Below are positions 19,457 to 29,193 of a DNA stretch of 64,000 nucleotides, in pieces. Under the pieces are notes generated by a model. It ran no database searches. It was given only the letters and a program-made list of their open reading frames with translations, and had not been told where the DNA came from. The translations under genes and the position numbers were made by a program. The stretch is from assembly GCA_947564255.1 (NCBI GenBank), contig CANOBV010000001.1, positions 5,404-69,403 on the forward strand, in the 5' to 3' direction. Source of the DNA: an uncultured bacterium (lineage in GTDB: Bacteria; Bacillota; Clostridia; Oscillospirales; Oscillospiraceae). The number at the start of each line of letters is the position of its first letter. The stretch's first letter is position 1.

Positions 19457-19666
19457 ATGCTGTACCCTGTCGCTGGGATTATCCTCATCGCCGTCGGCGC
19501 CGTGATGCTGGCAAAACCCCGGCTCGTATTTGAGCTGACGGAGAGCTGGAAGCACGACGGCGGCGTGGACGAACCGTCAAAACCGTGGCTCTTTTCCACG
19601 CGGTTTGGCGGCGCGATGTGCATTCTGGCCGGTATCTGCGGCATTATTGTCCCATTTCTTCCGTAA
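19457..19666 (+). CDS. Small 2-TM membrane protein (DUF6199-like) inserted in the ATPase operon
   Basis: Own RBS; TM-KP..VFELTESWK..EPS..TRFGG-TM pattern. Confidence 0.6.
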   Translation: MLYPVAGIILIAVGAVMLAKPRLVFELTESWKHDGGVDEPSKPWLFSTRFGGAMCILAGICGIIVPFLP

Positions 19667-19719
19667 ACGCGGCACAAATTATATCACAATGACCTTATGA
19701 AAGAAGGTATAAAAAGCCT

Positions 19720-21498
19720 ATGGGAAAAGTAGTTAAGGTCTCCGGCCCCCTGGTGGTGGCCACCGGCATGGCGGACGCCAATATGTCCGACGTGGTCCGC
19801 GTGGGCCCCGAGCGCCTGATCGGTGAGATCCTCACCATGAACGGCGACTCCGCCTCCATCCAGGTCTATGAGGAGACCTCCGGCCTGGGCCCCGGCACCG
19901 AAGTGGTGACCACCGGCTCCCCCATGAGCGTGGAGCTGGGCCCCGGCATGATTGAGAACATCTATGACGGCATCCAGCGCCCGCTGGAGAAAATCATGGA
20001 GAAGGTCCACGGCAACAACCTGCCCCGCGGCGTGGAGGTCCCCGCCATCGACCAGGAAAAGCTTTGGGACTTCACCCCCGTGGCCAAGGCGGGGGACAAA
20101 GTTGTGGGCGGCGACATCATCGGCACCGTTCCCGAGACGCCGGTGGTGCTCCACAAGATCATGGTGCCCCCCAATGTGGAGGGCACGCTGAAGAGTGTGG
20201 TTCCCGCCGGACAGTATAATGTGAAGCAGACCGTGGCCGTTCTGACGAAAGAGGACGGCACCGAGGTGGAGCTGGCCATGAGCCAGCGCTGGCCCGTCCG
20301 TGTGGGCCGCCCCTACAAGCACAAATATCCCCCCATCAAGCCCCTGTCCTCCGGACAGCGGATTGTGGACACCTTCTTCCCCGTGGCCAAGGGCGGCACC
20401 GCCGCCATCCCCGGCCCCTTCGGCTCCGGCAAGACGGTGATGCAGCACGCCCTGGCCAAGTGGTCCGACGTGGACATCGTGGTCTACATCGGCTGCGGCG
20501 AGCGCGGCAACGAGATGACCGACGTGCTGCGGGAGTTCCCCGAGCTGGTGGACCCCCGCACCGGCGAGACGCTGATGAAGCGTACCGTCCTGATCGCAAA
20601 TACCTCCGATATGCCCGTGGCCGCCCGTGAGGCGTCCATCTACACCGGCATCACCATCGCCGAGTACTTCCGTGACATGGGCTACGCCGTGGCCGTCATC
20701 GCCGACTCCACCTCCCGCTGGGCCGAGGCCCTGCGCGAGATGTCCGGCCGTCTGGAGGAAATGCCCGGCGAGGAGGGCTACCCCGCCTATCTGGCCTCCC
20801 GTCTGGCCCAGTTCTACGAGCGGGCCGGCTCCGTGTCCTGCCTGGGGTCCGAGGAGGACCGCCGGGGCAGCCTGACCGCCGTGGGCGCCGTGTCCCCTCC
20901 AGGCGGCGACCTGGCCGAGCCTGTCTCCCAGGGCACCATGCGCATCGTGAAGGTGTTCTGGGCCCTGGACGCCTCCCTGGCCTACAAGCGCCACTTCCCC
21001 GCCATCAACTGGCTCACCTCCCACTCCCTGTACCTGGACTCCCTGAAGCCCTGGTTTGACGAGAACCTGGGCAAGGAATTCCTCCAGAACCGGGAGCAGG
21101 CCATGGGCATCCTCCAGCAGGAGTCCAGCCTCAACGAAATCGTGCAGCTCGTCGGCAAGGACTCTCTGTCCCCGGCGGACCAGCTCACGTTGGAGACCGC
21201 CCGTATGGTCCGCGAGGACTTCCTTCAGCAGAACTCCTTTGTGGACATCGACTCCTTCTCCACCTACGACCGGCAGGAGAAGCTGCTGGCCATGATTCTG
21301 GACTACGACAAGCTGTGCCGGGCCGCCATCGCCAAGGGTGCCCCCGTGGCCGGCCTGTTCGTCATCCCCGCCCGCGAGCGCATCGGCCGCGCCAAGAGCG
21401 TGCCCGCCGACGAGTATGTCCAGGTGTACGCCGACATCGCCGCCTCCATGGAGCGCGAGATCGATGAGGTCGTCAGAAAGGCAGGTGAGGAGCTGTGA
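19720..21498 (+). CDS. ntpA: V/A-type ATP synthase subunit A
   Basis: [28 protein letters not shown]. Confidence 0.97.
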   Translation: MGKVVKVSGPLVVATGMADANMSDVVRVGPERLIGEILTMNGDSASIQVYEETSGLGPGTEVVTTGSPMSVELGPGMIENIYDGIQRPLEKIMEKVHGNNLPRGVEVPAIDQEKLWDFTPVAKAGDKVVGGDIIGTVPETPVVLHKIMVPPNVEGTLKSVVPAGQYNVKQTVAVLTKEDGTEVELAMSQRWPVRVGRPYKHKYPPIKPLSSGQRIVDTFFPVAKGGTAAIPGPFGSGKTVMQHALAKWSDVDIVVYIGCGERGNEMTDVLREFPELVDPRTGETLMKRTVLIANTSDMPVAAREASIYTGITIAEYFRDMGYAVAVIADSTSRWAEALREMSGRLEEMPGEEGYPAYLASRLAQFYERAGSVSCLGSEEDRRGSLTAVGAVSPPGGDLAEPVSQGTMRIVKVFWALDASLAYKRHFPAINWLTSHSLYLDSLKPWFDENLGKEFLQNREQAMGILQQESSLNEIVQLVGKDSLSPADQLTLETARMVREDFLQQNSFVDIDSFSTYDRQEKLLAMILDYDKLCRAAIAKGAPVAGLFVIPARERIGRAKSVPADEYVQVYADIAASMEREIDEVVRKAGEEL

Positions 21499-22880
21499 TC
21501 CGAGAGTATAAAACCATCCAGGAGATCGCGTCCCCGCTGATGATGGTCAAAATGGTGGAAAACGTCACCTACGACGAGCTGGTTGAGGTGGAACTGCCCG
21601 ACGGCGGCATCCGGCGCGGCAAAGTGCTGGAGGTCAACGGCGACACCGCCGTGGTCCAGCTCTTCGAGTCCGCCGCCGGCATCAATCTGGCCCAGTCCAA
21701 GGTCCGCTTCCTGGGCCATCCCCTCCAGCTGGGCGTGTCCGGCGACATGCTGGGCCGGGTGTTCAACGGCATGGGCGCGCCCATCGACGGCGGCCCCGCC
21801 ATCCTGGCCGAGGAGTACCGGGACATCAACGGCCTGCCCATGAACCCCGCCGCCCGGGACTACCCCAACGAGTTTATCCAGACGGGCATCTCCACCATCG
21901 ACGGCCTGAACACCCTGGTCCGCGGCCAGAAGCTGCCCATTTTCTCCGGTTCCGGCCTGCCCCACGCCAACCTGGCCGCTCAGATCGCCCGTCAGGCTAA
22001 GGTGCTGGGAGACGACGCGGGCAATTTCGCCGTGGTATTCGCCGCCATCGGCATCACCTTCGAGGAGTCCGAGTTCTTCGTTCAGGAGTTCAAGCGCACC
22101 GGCGCCATCGACCGCACCGTGCTGTTCACCAACCTGGCCAACGACCCCGCCGTGGAGCGTATCGCCACCCCCCGTATGGCCCTCACCGCCGCGGAGTACC
22201 TGGCCTTTGAGAAGGGCATGCACGTGCTGGTCATCCTCACCGACATCACCAACTACGCCGAGGCCCTGCGTGAGGTCTCCGCCGCCAAGAAGGAGGTCCC
22301 GGGCCGCCGCGGCTTCCCCGGCTACCTGTACACCGACCTGGCCACCATGTATGAGCGGGCCGGCCGTCAGCTGGGCAAACCCGGTTCCATCACCATGATC
22401 CCCATCCTCACCATGCCCGAGGACGACAAGACCCACCCCATCCCCGACCTGACCGGGTATATCACCGAGGGGCAGATCATCCTGTCCCGGTCCCTGTACC
22501 GCCAGGGCATCAATCCCCCCGTGGACGTGCTGCCCTCTCTGTCCCGTCTGAAGGATAAGGGCATCGGCGAGGGCAAAACCCGGGAGGACCACGCCAATGT
22601 GCTCAACCAGCTCTTCGCGGCCTATTCCACCGGTAAGGACAACAAGGAGCTGATGTCCATCCTGGGCGAGGCGGCGCTGACCCCCACCGACCTGCTGTAC
22701 GCCAAATTTGCCGACGAGTTCGAACGGCGGTATGTCAACCAGGGCTATGACGAGAACCGGTCCATTGAGGACACGCTGAATCTGGGCTGGGAACTGCTGT
22801 CCATCCTGCCTACCGCCGAGCTGAAGCGTATCAAGCCGGAGTATATTGCCAAGTATATGCCCAAGAAAGACCAAGAGTAA
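21495..22880 (+). CDS. ntpB: V/A-type ATP synthase subunit B
   Basis: [43 protein letters not shown]. Confidence 0.97.
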   Translation: MIREYKTIQEIASPLMMVKMVENVTYDELVEVELPDGGIRRGKVLEVNGDTAVVQLFESAAGINLAQSKVRFLGHPLQLGVSGDMLGRVFNGMGAPIDGGPAILAEEYRDINGLPMNPAARDYPNEFIQTGISTIDGLNTLVRGQKLPIFSGSGLPHANLAAQIARQAKVLGDDAGNFAVVFAAIGITFEESEFFVQEFKRTGAIDRTVLFTNLANDPAVERIATPRMALTAAEYLAFEKGMHVLVILTDITNYAEALREVSAAKKEVPGRRGFPGYLYTDLATMYERAGRQLGKPGSITMIPILTMPEDDKTHPIPDLTGYITEGQIILSRSLYRQGINPPVDVLPSLSRLKDKGIGEGKTREDHANVLNQLFAAYSTGKDNKELMSILGEAALTPTDLLYAKFADEFERRYVNQGYDENRSIEDTLNLGWELLSILPTAELKRIKPEYIAKYMPKKDQE

Positions 22881-22892
22881 GGAGGGGTATTC

Positions 22893-23606
22893 ATGGCAAA
22901 TACCGTGGTCAACCCCACCCGAATGGAGCTTACCCGCCTTAAAGGCAAGCTGAAAACCGCACAGCGGGGGCACAAGCTGCTCAAAGACAAGCGGGATGAG
23001 CTGATGAAGCAGTTCCTGGACACCGTGCGGGAACTGCGCTCCCTCCGCTCCCAGGTGGAGCAGGACCTGATGCGGGTGCACAGCTCCTTCACCGTGGCCT
23101 CCGCGCTGATGAGCGCCCAGACCATGGAACAGGCGCTGATGTACCCCAAGCAGTCCGTGGAGCTCACCATGACCTTCCAGAATATCATGTCCGTCAACGT
23201 GCCGGTCTACCACTATCAGACCCGCACTGAGGACACCGGCGACATCTTCCCCTACGGCTTCGCAGCCACCAGCGGCGAGCTGGACGGGGCGGTGGCCGCC
23301 CTGGGCGAGGTGTTCCAGAATATGCTGAAGCTGGCCGAGACGGAAAAGGCGGCTCAGCTTATGGCGGAGGAGATCGAAAAGACCCGCCGCCGTGTCAACG
23401 CTCTGGAGTACGTGGTCATCCCCAATACCCAGGAATCCATCCGCTACATCACCATGAAGCTGGATGAGAATGACCGTGCCACCACCACCCGGCTGATGAA
23501 GGTGAAGGACATGCTGCTGGCCGAGGCCCTGGAAGAGAAGCGGGCCGAAACCGCCAGGGCCGTAAAGACCTTTGGAAAAGCGGACGGAACGGTCACGGAG
23601 GTCTAA
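22893..23606 (+). CDS. ntpD: V/A-type ATP synthase subunit D
   Basis: NPTRMEL, RGHKLLKDKRD, EIEKTRRRVNALE. Confidence 0.95.
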   Translation: MANTVVNPTRMELTRLKGKLKTAQRGHKLLKDKRDELMKQFLDTVRELRSLRSQVEQDLMRVHSSFTVASALMSAQTMEQALMYPKQSVELTMTFQNIMSVNVPVYHYQTRTEDTGDIFPYGFAATSGELDGAVAALGEVFQNMLKLAETEKAAQLMAEEIEKTRRRVNALEYVVIPNTQESIRYITMKLDENDRATTTRLMKVKDMLLAEALEEKRAETARAVKTFGKADGTVTEV

Positions 23607-23648
23607 GAGGCAGGGCGGCGCCGTTCCACCGCCTTTGCGACAGGCCTG

Positions 23649-23694
23649 AAAAAAAGATGGTACTGCCCGGGGAGACCCGGGCAGTACCATTTTT
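23649..23694 (+). terminator. Intrinsic terminator of the ntp operon (likely bidirectional)
   Basis: A-tract, ATGGTACTGCCCGGG-GAGA-CCCGGGCAGTACCAT, TTTT. Confidence 0.85.
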
Positions 23695-23841
23695 GTGACG
23701 GCAAACCGCTTGCCTTTCCTGACGGGAAAAGGATGATGCAAAGGGGGGAATTGATGCCGGTTTATAGGACTCTATTCTGAGTATACTGTCCTCAGAACAA
23801 AGGGGAGGACAGCTTTTCCCGGAATGAAAGGAGAATCCTAT

Positions 23842-23958
23842 ATGTACGAGATTGAGTTTGTGAGAGGCCATGTGGAGGTCTATCTGGACGGGTTGTTCTG
23901 CTTTTCCGCGGACACCCGGGGCGAGGCGGAGCGGGAAATCGCCTCCATGAGCGCGTAA
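23842..23958 (+). CDS. Small hypothetical protein, 38 aa (below the ORF-track cutoff)
   Basis: RBS AAAGGAG, then ATG; MYEIEFVRGHVEVYLDGLFCFSADTRGEAEREIASMSA*. Confidence 0.65.
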   Translation: MYEIEFVRGHVEVYLDGLFCFSADTRGEAEREIASMSA

Positions 23959-23970
23959 GCGCGGGGCGGA

Positions 23971-25728
23971 TCATATCAGTTCCGCCATGATTTGGGCGAT
24001 GAGGGACACCCGGCGGAAGGGGGTCATGAGATACCAGCCGTCGGTGTAAGGAACCATGGCCTGGGCGGTCTGGACCGACAGCTCCAGGGCCAGCGCCTCC
24101 GCCGCATCCCGGTCCAGGCCCTCGTAGCGGCGCACGATATCCTCCGGCACGAAAACCCCCGCCACCTCGTTGTTGAGGAACAGGGCGTTGCGGTGGCTGA
24201 CGATGGGGAACACCCCGCCCAGGATGTACCCTTTCAGCGCCTCCCGGGCCCGTGCCAGATTGTCCAACGCCTGGGGGGAGTGGACCGGCTGGGTGAGAAA
24301 GCCCGCCGCGCCTGCCTCCTCCTTTTCCGCGGCCAGCTCCAGCTGCTTTTCAAAGTTTGGGGCGTTCACGTTCAGCGCCCCGAAGATTTGAAACGGCGTA
24401 GACAAGCCGTGGCCGGTCAGGCCGGAGACATACCGGATCAGCTTCCGGGAGTTGAAGTTGAACACACTCTTCACCTCGTCCCGGTCTTGCGTTGGGATGG
24501 GGTCGCCGGTGACCAGCAGGACGTTGTGCACCCCCTCCATGGACAGGCCCAACAAGAGGGCCTTGGTGGCGTTCAGATTCCGGTCCCGGCAGGTGAGGTG
24601 GGGCAGGGGCTCCACCCCGGTCTCCCGCCTGATCTTACAGGCCAGCAAGGAGGAGTCCGCCCGGGGACGGCCCACGGGGCAGTCCGCCACCGTCACCGCG
24701 TCCGCCCCCGCCAAACGGAGAGCACGGACTGCCTCCATGAAACCGTCCACGCTGTCGTCGGCAGGCGGGTCCAGCTCCACGGCGGTTACCCGCTGTCCCG
24801 CCGCCAGCTTGTCCCGCAGGTGGTTGGGGCTGGGCCGGGCCTGGGCTTTTTCCCGGGGGTGGGCGGGGAGGACAAAGGGCTTGCCCGGCGGACACTTCAG
24901 CGCCTGGGCGGTCTGGGCGATGTGCTGTGGAGTGGTGCCGCAGCATCCCCCTAGAATGGCCGCTCCGGCCCCGGCGGTGTCCGCCATCAGTTCGGCGAAG
25001 TAGTCCGCCCCGCCCCGGTATGCCACCCTCCGCCCCAGCACTGTGGGATAGCCCGCGTTGGGCATGACGGACAGGGGCTTTCCGCCCAAGAGGGACAGGT
25101 CCAGCCCCCGGATGAACTCCAGCAGGTGCCGGGGTCCGGAAACGCAGTTAAAGCCCACGCCGTCCACTCCGCCCAAGGCGGCGGCCCGCCGGAAAAGGGT
25201 GCGGGCGGACAGACCTTCCCGGGTGACTCCGTCGGGGGCGGCGGCGAAGGAGACCAGCAGGAAGGCGTCGGGACAGTGTTCTTTCAAATACGAGGCCAGT
25301 TCCGGCACACCATCATCTGTGGGCAGGGTCTCCAGGATGAAATGGGTCAGGCCCTGGTTTAAAAAAATCTCTGCCTGACGGCAGTAAGCTTCGCCGGGGG
25401 ACAGCGCGCTGCTCTGAGGGGCGGGACCCAGGTCGGCGAACACGTAAGCGCCAAAGGGCTTTGCCGCCGACCGGGCGATTTGGCATCCGACCCTGATGAT
25501 TTTCTGGGCCGTTTCCCAGTCCCCGCCCAGGTCGAAGGTGTTGGTGCGGATGGCTTTACACCCCGCCTCCAGATAGGCCCGGTGGATGGCGGCAATCTCA
25601 TCCGGGGCCTCCAGGTTTGCCGGCTCGCACCGGGCCTCGGCCCGGCCGGGGCGGGAGGCGTAATAAGTCCCCATGGCCCCGTCGAACAACAGGGGCTCCC
25701 CCTGGGCCAGATATTCCCAAATATTCAT
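23971..25728 (-). CDS. yitJ: Bifunctional homocysteine S-methyltransferase / methylenetetrahydrofolate reductase (YitJ-like)
   Basis: LFDGAMGT, GFNC, GGCCGTTP, then MTHFR domain VELDPP, HLTCRDRN, TGDP, FLTQP; real start MNIWEYL overlaps the upstream stop. Confidence 0.9.
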   Translation of the reverse strand: MNIWEYLAQGEPLLFDGAMGTYYASRPGRAEARCEPANLEAPDEIAAIHRAYLEAGCKAIRTNTFDLGGDWETAQKIIRVGCQIARSAAKPFGAYVFADLGPAPQSSALSPGEAYCRQAEIFLNQGLTHFILETLPTDDGVPELASYLKEHCPDAFLLVSFAAAPDGVTREGLSARTLFRRAAALGGVDGVGFNCVSGPRHLLEFIRGLDLSLLGGKPLSVMPNAGYPTVLGRRVAYRGGADYFAELMADTAGAGAAILGGCCGTTPQHIAQTAQALKCPPGKPFVLPAHPREKAQARPSPNHLRDKLAAGQRVTAVELDPPADDSVDGFMEAVRALRLAGADAVTVADCPVGRPRADSSLLACKIRRETGVEPLPHLTCRDRNLNATKALLLGLSMEGVHNVLLVTGDPIPTQDRDEVKSVFNFNSRKLIRYVSGLTGHGLSTPFQIFGALNVNAPNFEKQLELAAEKEEAGAAGFLTQPVHSPQALDNLARAREALKGYILGGVFPIVSHRNALFLNNEVAGVFVPEDIVRRYEGLDRDAAEALALELSVQTAQAMVPYTDGWYLMTPFRRVSLIAQIMAELI

Positions 25729-28085
25729 GAGCCCAGCACCCTTCGGGCGATGTCCACCGACTGGCGGGCGTCCCTCGCGTAATGATCCGCCCCCATCCGA
25801 GCGGCGAAGTCCGGCGTCACCACCGCGCCGCCCACCCAAATCACCGGGGGCTCCTCCAGGGTGTGGAGCAGCTTGATTGTGGCCTCCATGGCGGGCAGGG
25901 TGGTGGTCATGAGGGCGGATAGCCCCACCAGGCGGATATTCTGAGCTTTTACGGTATCCAAAATGACCTCCGGCGGCACGTCCCGGCCCAGATCGACGGC
26001 CTCGTAGCCGTAGTTCTCCATCACCGTGCGCACGATGTTTTTGCCGATATCGTGGATGTCCCCCTTGACGGTGGCGATGACGAATTTCCCCTTCTTCACC
26101 GGAGCGCCGCCGCTCTCCGCGATGGCGGTCTTGACGGACTCGAACACCGCCTGGGCGGCCTGGGCGGCGCTCAAAAGCTGGGGCAGGAAGGCCCGGCCCG
26201 CCTCGTAGTCCGCGCCAACCTTGTCCAGGGCGGGGATGAGGCGGTTTTCCACCAGGGACAGCCCATCCTGGGTCCGGAGGGCCTCTTTGGCCAGACGGCC
26301 CGCGTCCCCCTCCAGCCCCCGGGCGACGGCCTCCTCCAGGGTGAGGGCGGAGGCTTTGGGCGCGGCCTGGGCGGAAGCGGCCCCCGCGAACCGGGCGATG
26401 TAGGCCCGGCACCCCGCGTCCTCCCCGGACAGCACCTTGAACGCCGCCACGGCGTCCATCATCTCCCGCTGATTGGGGTTGAGTATGGGCAGGGTGAGGC
26501 CCGCCGCCAGCGCCTGGGTCAGGAAGCTCCGGGTGACGGCGGCGCGGTTGGGCAGGCCGAAGGAGATGTTGGACACCCCCAAGACGGTCTGGAGCCCCAG
26601 CTCTTCCCGCACCATGCGGACGGCCTTCAGGGTCTCCAGCCCCTGCTCCTGCTGGGCGGAGACGGTGAGGGTGAGGCAGTCGATCCACACGTCCTCGGCC
26701 GGGATGCCATAGCCCAGGGCCGCATCCAGAATGCGCCGGGCGATGGCCACCCGGCCCTCCGCCGTGGGTGGAATGCCGTTTTCATCTAAACACAGGCCCA
26801 CCACCGAGGCCCCATATTTTTTCACGATGGGCAGGATGCGGTCCAGCACCGCCCGCTCTCCGTTGACGGAGTTCACCGCCGCCTTGCCGTTGTAGACACG
26901 CAGGGCGGCTTCCAAAGCCTCCGGGTTGGTGGAGTCCAGCTGGAGGGGGAGGGGAACGGCGCTCTGGATCTTTTTCACCACCTGGGGGAGCATGGATACC
27001 TCGTCCACCCCCGGATGGCCCACGTTTACATCCAAAATGTCCGCCCCGGCGTCCTCCTGCTGGACGGCCAGGTCCAGCACGTAGTCCAGATCGTTTTCCA
27101 GCAGGGCCTGCTGGAGCCGTTTTTTGCCGGTGGGGTTGATCCGCTCCCCGATGACCCGCACCCCGCCCAGGAAGCAGGGGGTCATGGCGGAGCAGACGAA
27201 GCCGGTGGAGCGGTAGGTCCGGGGCGGGGGCGTTTTCCCCCTCAGCGCCGCCGCCAGGGCCCGGATATAGTCCGGCGAGGTGCCGCAGCAGCCGCCGAAG
27301 ATGGTGACGCCCGCCTCCAGGCAGGGGAGGAGTGCCGCCACAAATTCCTCCGGCCCCATGCCGTATTTCCCGGTGGCCGGGTCGGGGAGGCCTGCGTTGG
27401 GCTTGGCGACGACAGGCAGGCGGGTATTCTCGCACAGTTCCCGCAGCAGGGGGGCCAGCAGGTCGGGGCCCAGGGAGCAGTTGAGGCCCACGGCGTCCGC
27501 CCCCAGGCCCTCCAGGGTGCGGGCCATGGAGGGGATGGTGCAGCCGGTGAAGGTCCGTCCGCTCTGCTCAAAGGACATGGTGACCAGGACGGGCAGGGAG
27601 ATGTTCTCCTTCACCGCCAGCAGGGCGGCCTTGGCCTCATAGAGGTCGGTCATGGTCTCGATGGACACCAGGTCCGCCCCGGCCCGCTCTCCGGCCAGGG
27701 CGATCTCCTTGAAATAGCCATAGGCCCGCTCAAAGGACAGGGTGCCCAGGGGCTCCAGCAGCTCCCCCAGGGGGCCCATGTCCAGAGACACCTTTGTGTC
27801 CGTCCCGGCGGCGGCCTCCCTGGCGATGGCCACGGCGGCGGACACCACCTGGTCCACGGTGTATCCCGTCCCCGCCAGCTTGGGGGCGCTGGCCCCGAAG
27901 GTGTTGGCGCAGAGGATCTGACTGCCCGCCCCGATGTACTCCCGGTAGATGGAGCGCAGCAGGTCCGGATTTGTGAAATTCAGCAGCTCCGGCTTGTCGC
28001 CGGGGGGCAGGCCCCGCTGCTGGAGGACGGTGCCCATGGCCCCGTCCAGGATTACCAGTCCGTTGTGTAAAAAATCAAGCTCCAC
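25725..28085 (-). CDS. metH: Cobalamin-dependent methionine synthase core (Hcy-binding, pterin-binding, cap and B12 domains; no AdoMet domain)
   Basis: ILDGAMGT, GLNCS, GGCCGT, IGERINPTGK, GVSNISFGLP, GDIHDIGKN; GTG start after AAGGGAGG. Confidence 0.9.
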   Translation of the reverse strand: MELDFLHNGLVILDGAMGTVLQQRGLPPGDKPELLNFTNPDLLRSIYREYIGAGSQILCANTFGASAPKLAGTGYTVDQVVSAAVAIAREAAAGTDTKVSLDMGPLGELLEPLGTLSFERAYGYFKEIALAGERAGADLVSIETMTDLYEAKAALLAVKENISLPVLVTMSFEQSGRTFTGCTIPSMARTLEGLGADAVGLNCSLGPDLLAPLLRELCENTRLPVVAKPNAGLPDPATGKYGMGPEEFVAALLPCLEAGVTIFGGCCGTSPDYIRALAAALRGKTPPPRTYRSTGFVCSAMTPCFLGGVRVIGERINPTGKKRLQQALLENDLDYVLDLAVQQEDAGADILDVNVGHPGVDEVSMLPQVVKKIQSAVPLPLQLDSTNPEALEAALRVYNGKAAVNSVNGERAVLDRILPIVKKYGASVVGLCLDENGIPPTAEGRVAIARRILDAALGYGIPAEDVWIDCLTLTVSAQQEQGLETLKAVRMVREELGLQTVLGVSNISFGLPNRAAVTRSFLTQALAAGLTLPILNPNQREMMDAVAAFKVLSGEDAGCRAYIARFAGAASAQAAPKASALTLEEAVARGLEGDAGRLAKEALRTQDGLSLVENRLIPALDKVGADYEAGRAFLPQLLSAAQAAQAVFESVKTAIAESGGAPVKKGKFVIATVKGDIHDIGKNIVRTVMENYGYEAVDLGRDVPPEVILDTVKAQNIRLVGLSALMTTTLPAMEATIKLLHTLEEPPVIWVGGAVVTPDFAARMGADHYARDARQSVDIARRVLGS

Positions 28086-28734
28086 AGGTTTTTCCTCCCT
28101 TGCGGTATTGGCAGTTCTCGCGCAGATTGCAGAACCCGCAGCCCCGGACACGGGCGGGCTGGGGCCGGTCCGACAGGCCGATGACGGCGGTGACGGTCTT
28201 GGAGGGGTTCAATAACAGGCTGTCCGTCACCTGCACCCCCAGCCGCCGGGGGGCGTCCAGCAGGGCGCAGACGTCCTTTTGCAGGGCCAGCGGCAGGTCT
28301 CCGTAGCCGGGGCTGAAGCGGTCGGTACGGTACAGCCCCGGAAAACGGGCGGAGACCTCCGCCTCCGCTTCATCGCACCCCGCCTCCACCCAGGCGGAGC
28401 CGCAGGCGTCCAGCAGGGCGGCACGGGCCATGCCCCGGGCCTGTTCCGCCCGGAGGAGGGCTTCGAACCCCGCCCCCAGGGTGCAGACGAGGAGAACCGC
28501 CTGGGCGCACTCCGACAGCATCTTCGCCGCCAGGGCCCCCGGCAGGGCCAGGCCCGCCCCCTCCAGCGCGGGTCCCTCCGGCCCGAAGGCCAGTGAAAAG
28601 GCCCGCCAAATATACCGGGGCGTCACCGCGCCGGTAAGCTTGTCCGCCGCGGCGGACAGCTGGGCCAGCAGAGCGGGGTCAGCCTCCCCGTTCACCCCCA
28701 GGTAGCGCAGGGGCTCTTTCAAATCCAGCCTCAT
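28075..28734 (-). CDS. Stand-alone methionine synthase activation (AdoMet-binding) domain
   Basis: CTLG, TDRFSPGYGDLPL, PSKTVTAVIG, Cys-rich tail; directly upstream of the metH core. Confidence 0.85.
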   Translation of the reverse strand: MRLDLKEPLRYLGVNGEADPALLAQLSAAADKLTGAVTPRYIWRAFSLAFGPEGPALEGAGLALPGALAAKMLSECAQAVLLVCTLGAGFEALLRAEQARGMARAALLDACGSAWVEAGCDEAEAEVSARFPGLYRTDRFSPGYGDLPLALQKDVCALLDAPRRLGVQVTDSLLLNPSKTVTAVIGLSDRPQPARVRGCGFCNLRENCQYRKGGKTCGA

Positions 28735-28738
28735 CCCG

Positions 28739-29068
28739 TCACCAGATGGCGACGCCCGCCACCAGCAGGAGGGCGGCGCCGCCCCGAATCAGATGGTGGG
28801 ACGGGTGGAAGTTCCCGGACCGCCTGCCGTTGGCGTAGGCGGCGGCGCAGACCAGCAGACAGCCCGTGGCGCAGGCCAGCCCGTCCATCCAGCCCGGATT
28901 GCTCCCGACCAGGTTTGCCACGGCCTCAAAAGCCACGCAGATTCCGCCGCAGGCCATGGCGATGGCAAAGCCCCGGGCGGTGGGGTCCTGGGATTTGGAC
29001 TGGCTGAGTCCGGCGATGAGGTGGAGAGCGCCGAACAGAACAGCCAAAACGCTGATGACAATTCGCAT
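28739..29068 (-). CDS. Hypothetical small membrane protein (about 4 TM)
   Basis: Hydrophobic ORF MRIVISVLAVLFGALHL...HPSHHLIR; GGGGG RBS. Confidence 0.65.
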   Translation of the reverse strand: MRIVISVLAVLFGALHLIAGLSQSKSQDPTARGFAIAMACGGICVAFEAVANLVGSNPGWMDGLACATGCLLVCAAAYANGRRSGNFHPSHHLIRGGAALLLVAGVAIW

Positions 29069-29193
29069 AAAATTTTCCCCCGTAAATTGTTCAAATGGGG
29101 CCGCAGCCGAGCGCAAACGGACGAATACCGCCCCTGTGGCAACGATTTGAAAGTTTCTTTTTGCCTGCTTTTTCTTTACAAAGAAAAGGTAGG

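Noticed and set aside
25729-26688. 905-aa ORF suggesting an N-terminally extended YitJ or a MetH-YitJ frameshift fusion
   Set aside because: The extension is a low-complexity G/R/P alternate frame of metH. YitJ has a normal ATGA-coupled start at 25728 and I see no slippery site.
29069-29193. SAM, cobalamin or T-box riboswitch upstream of the methionine synthase cluster
   Set aside because: No S-box, B12-box or T-box consensus is visible and the interval is short.
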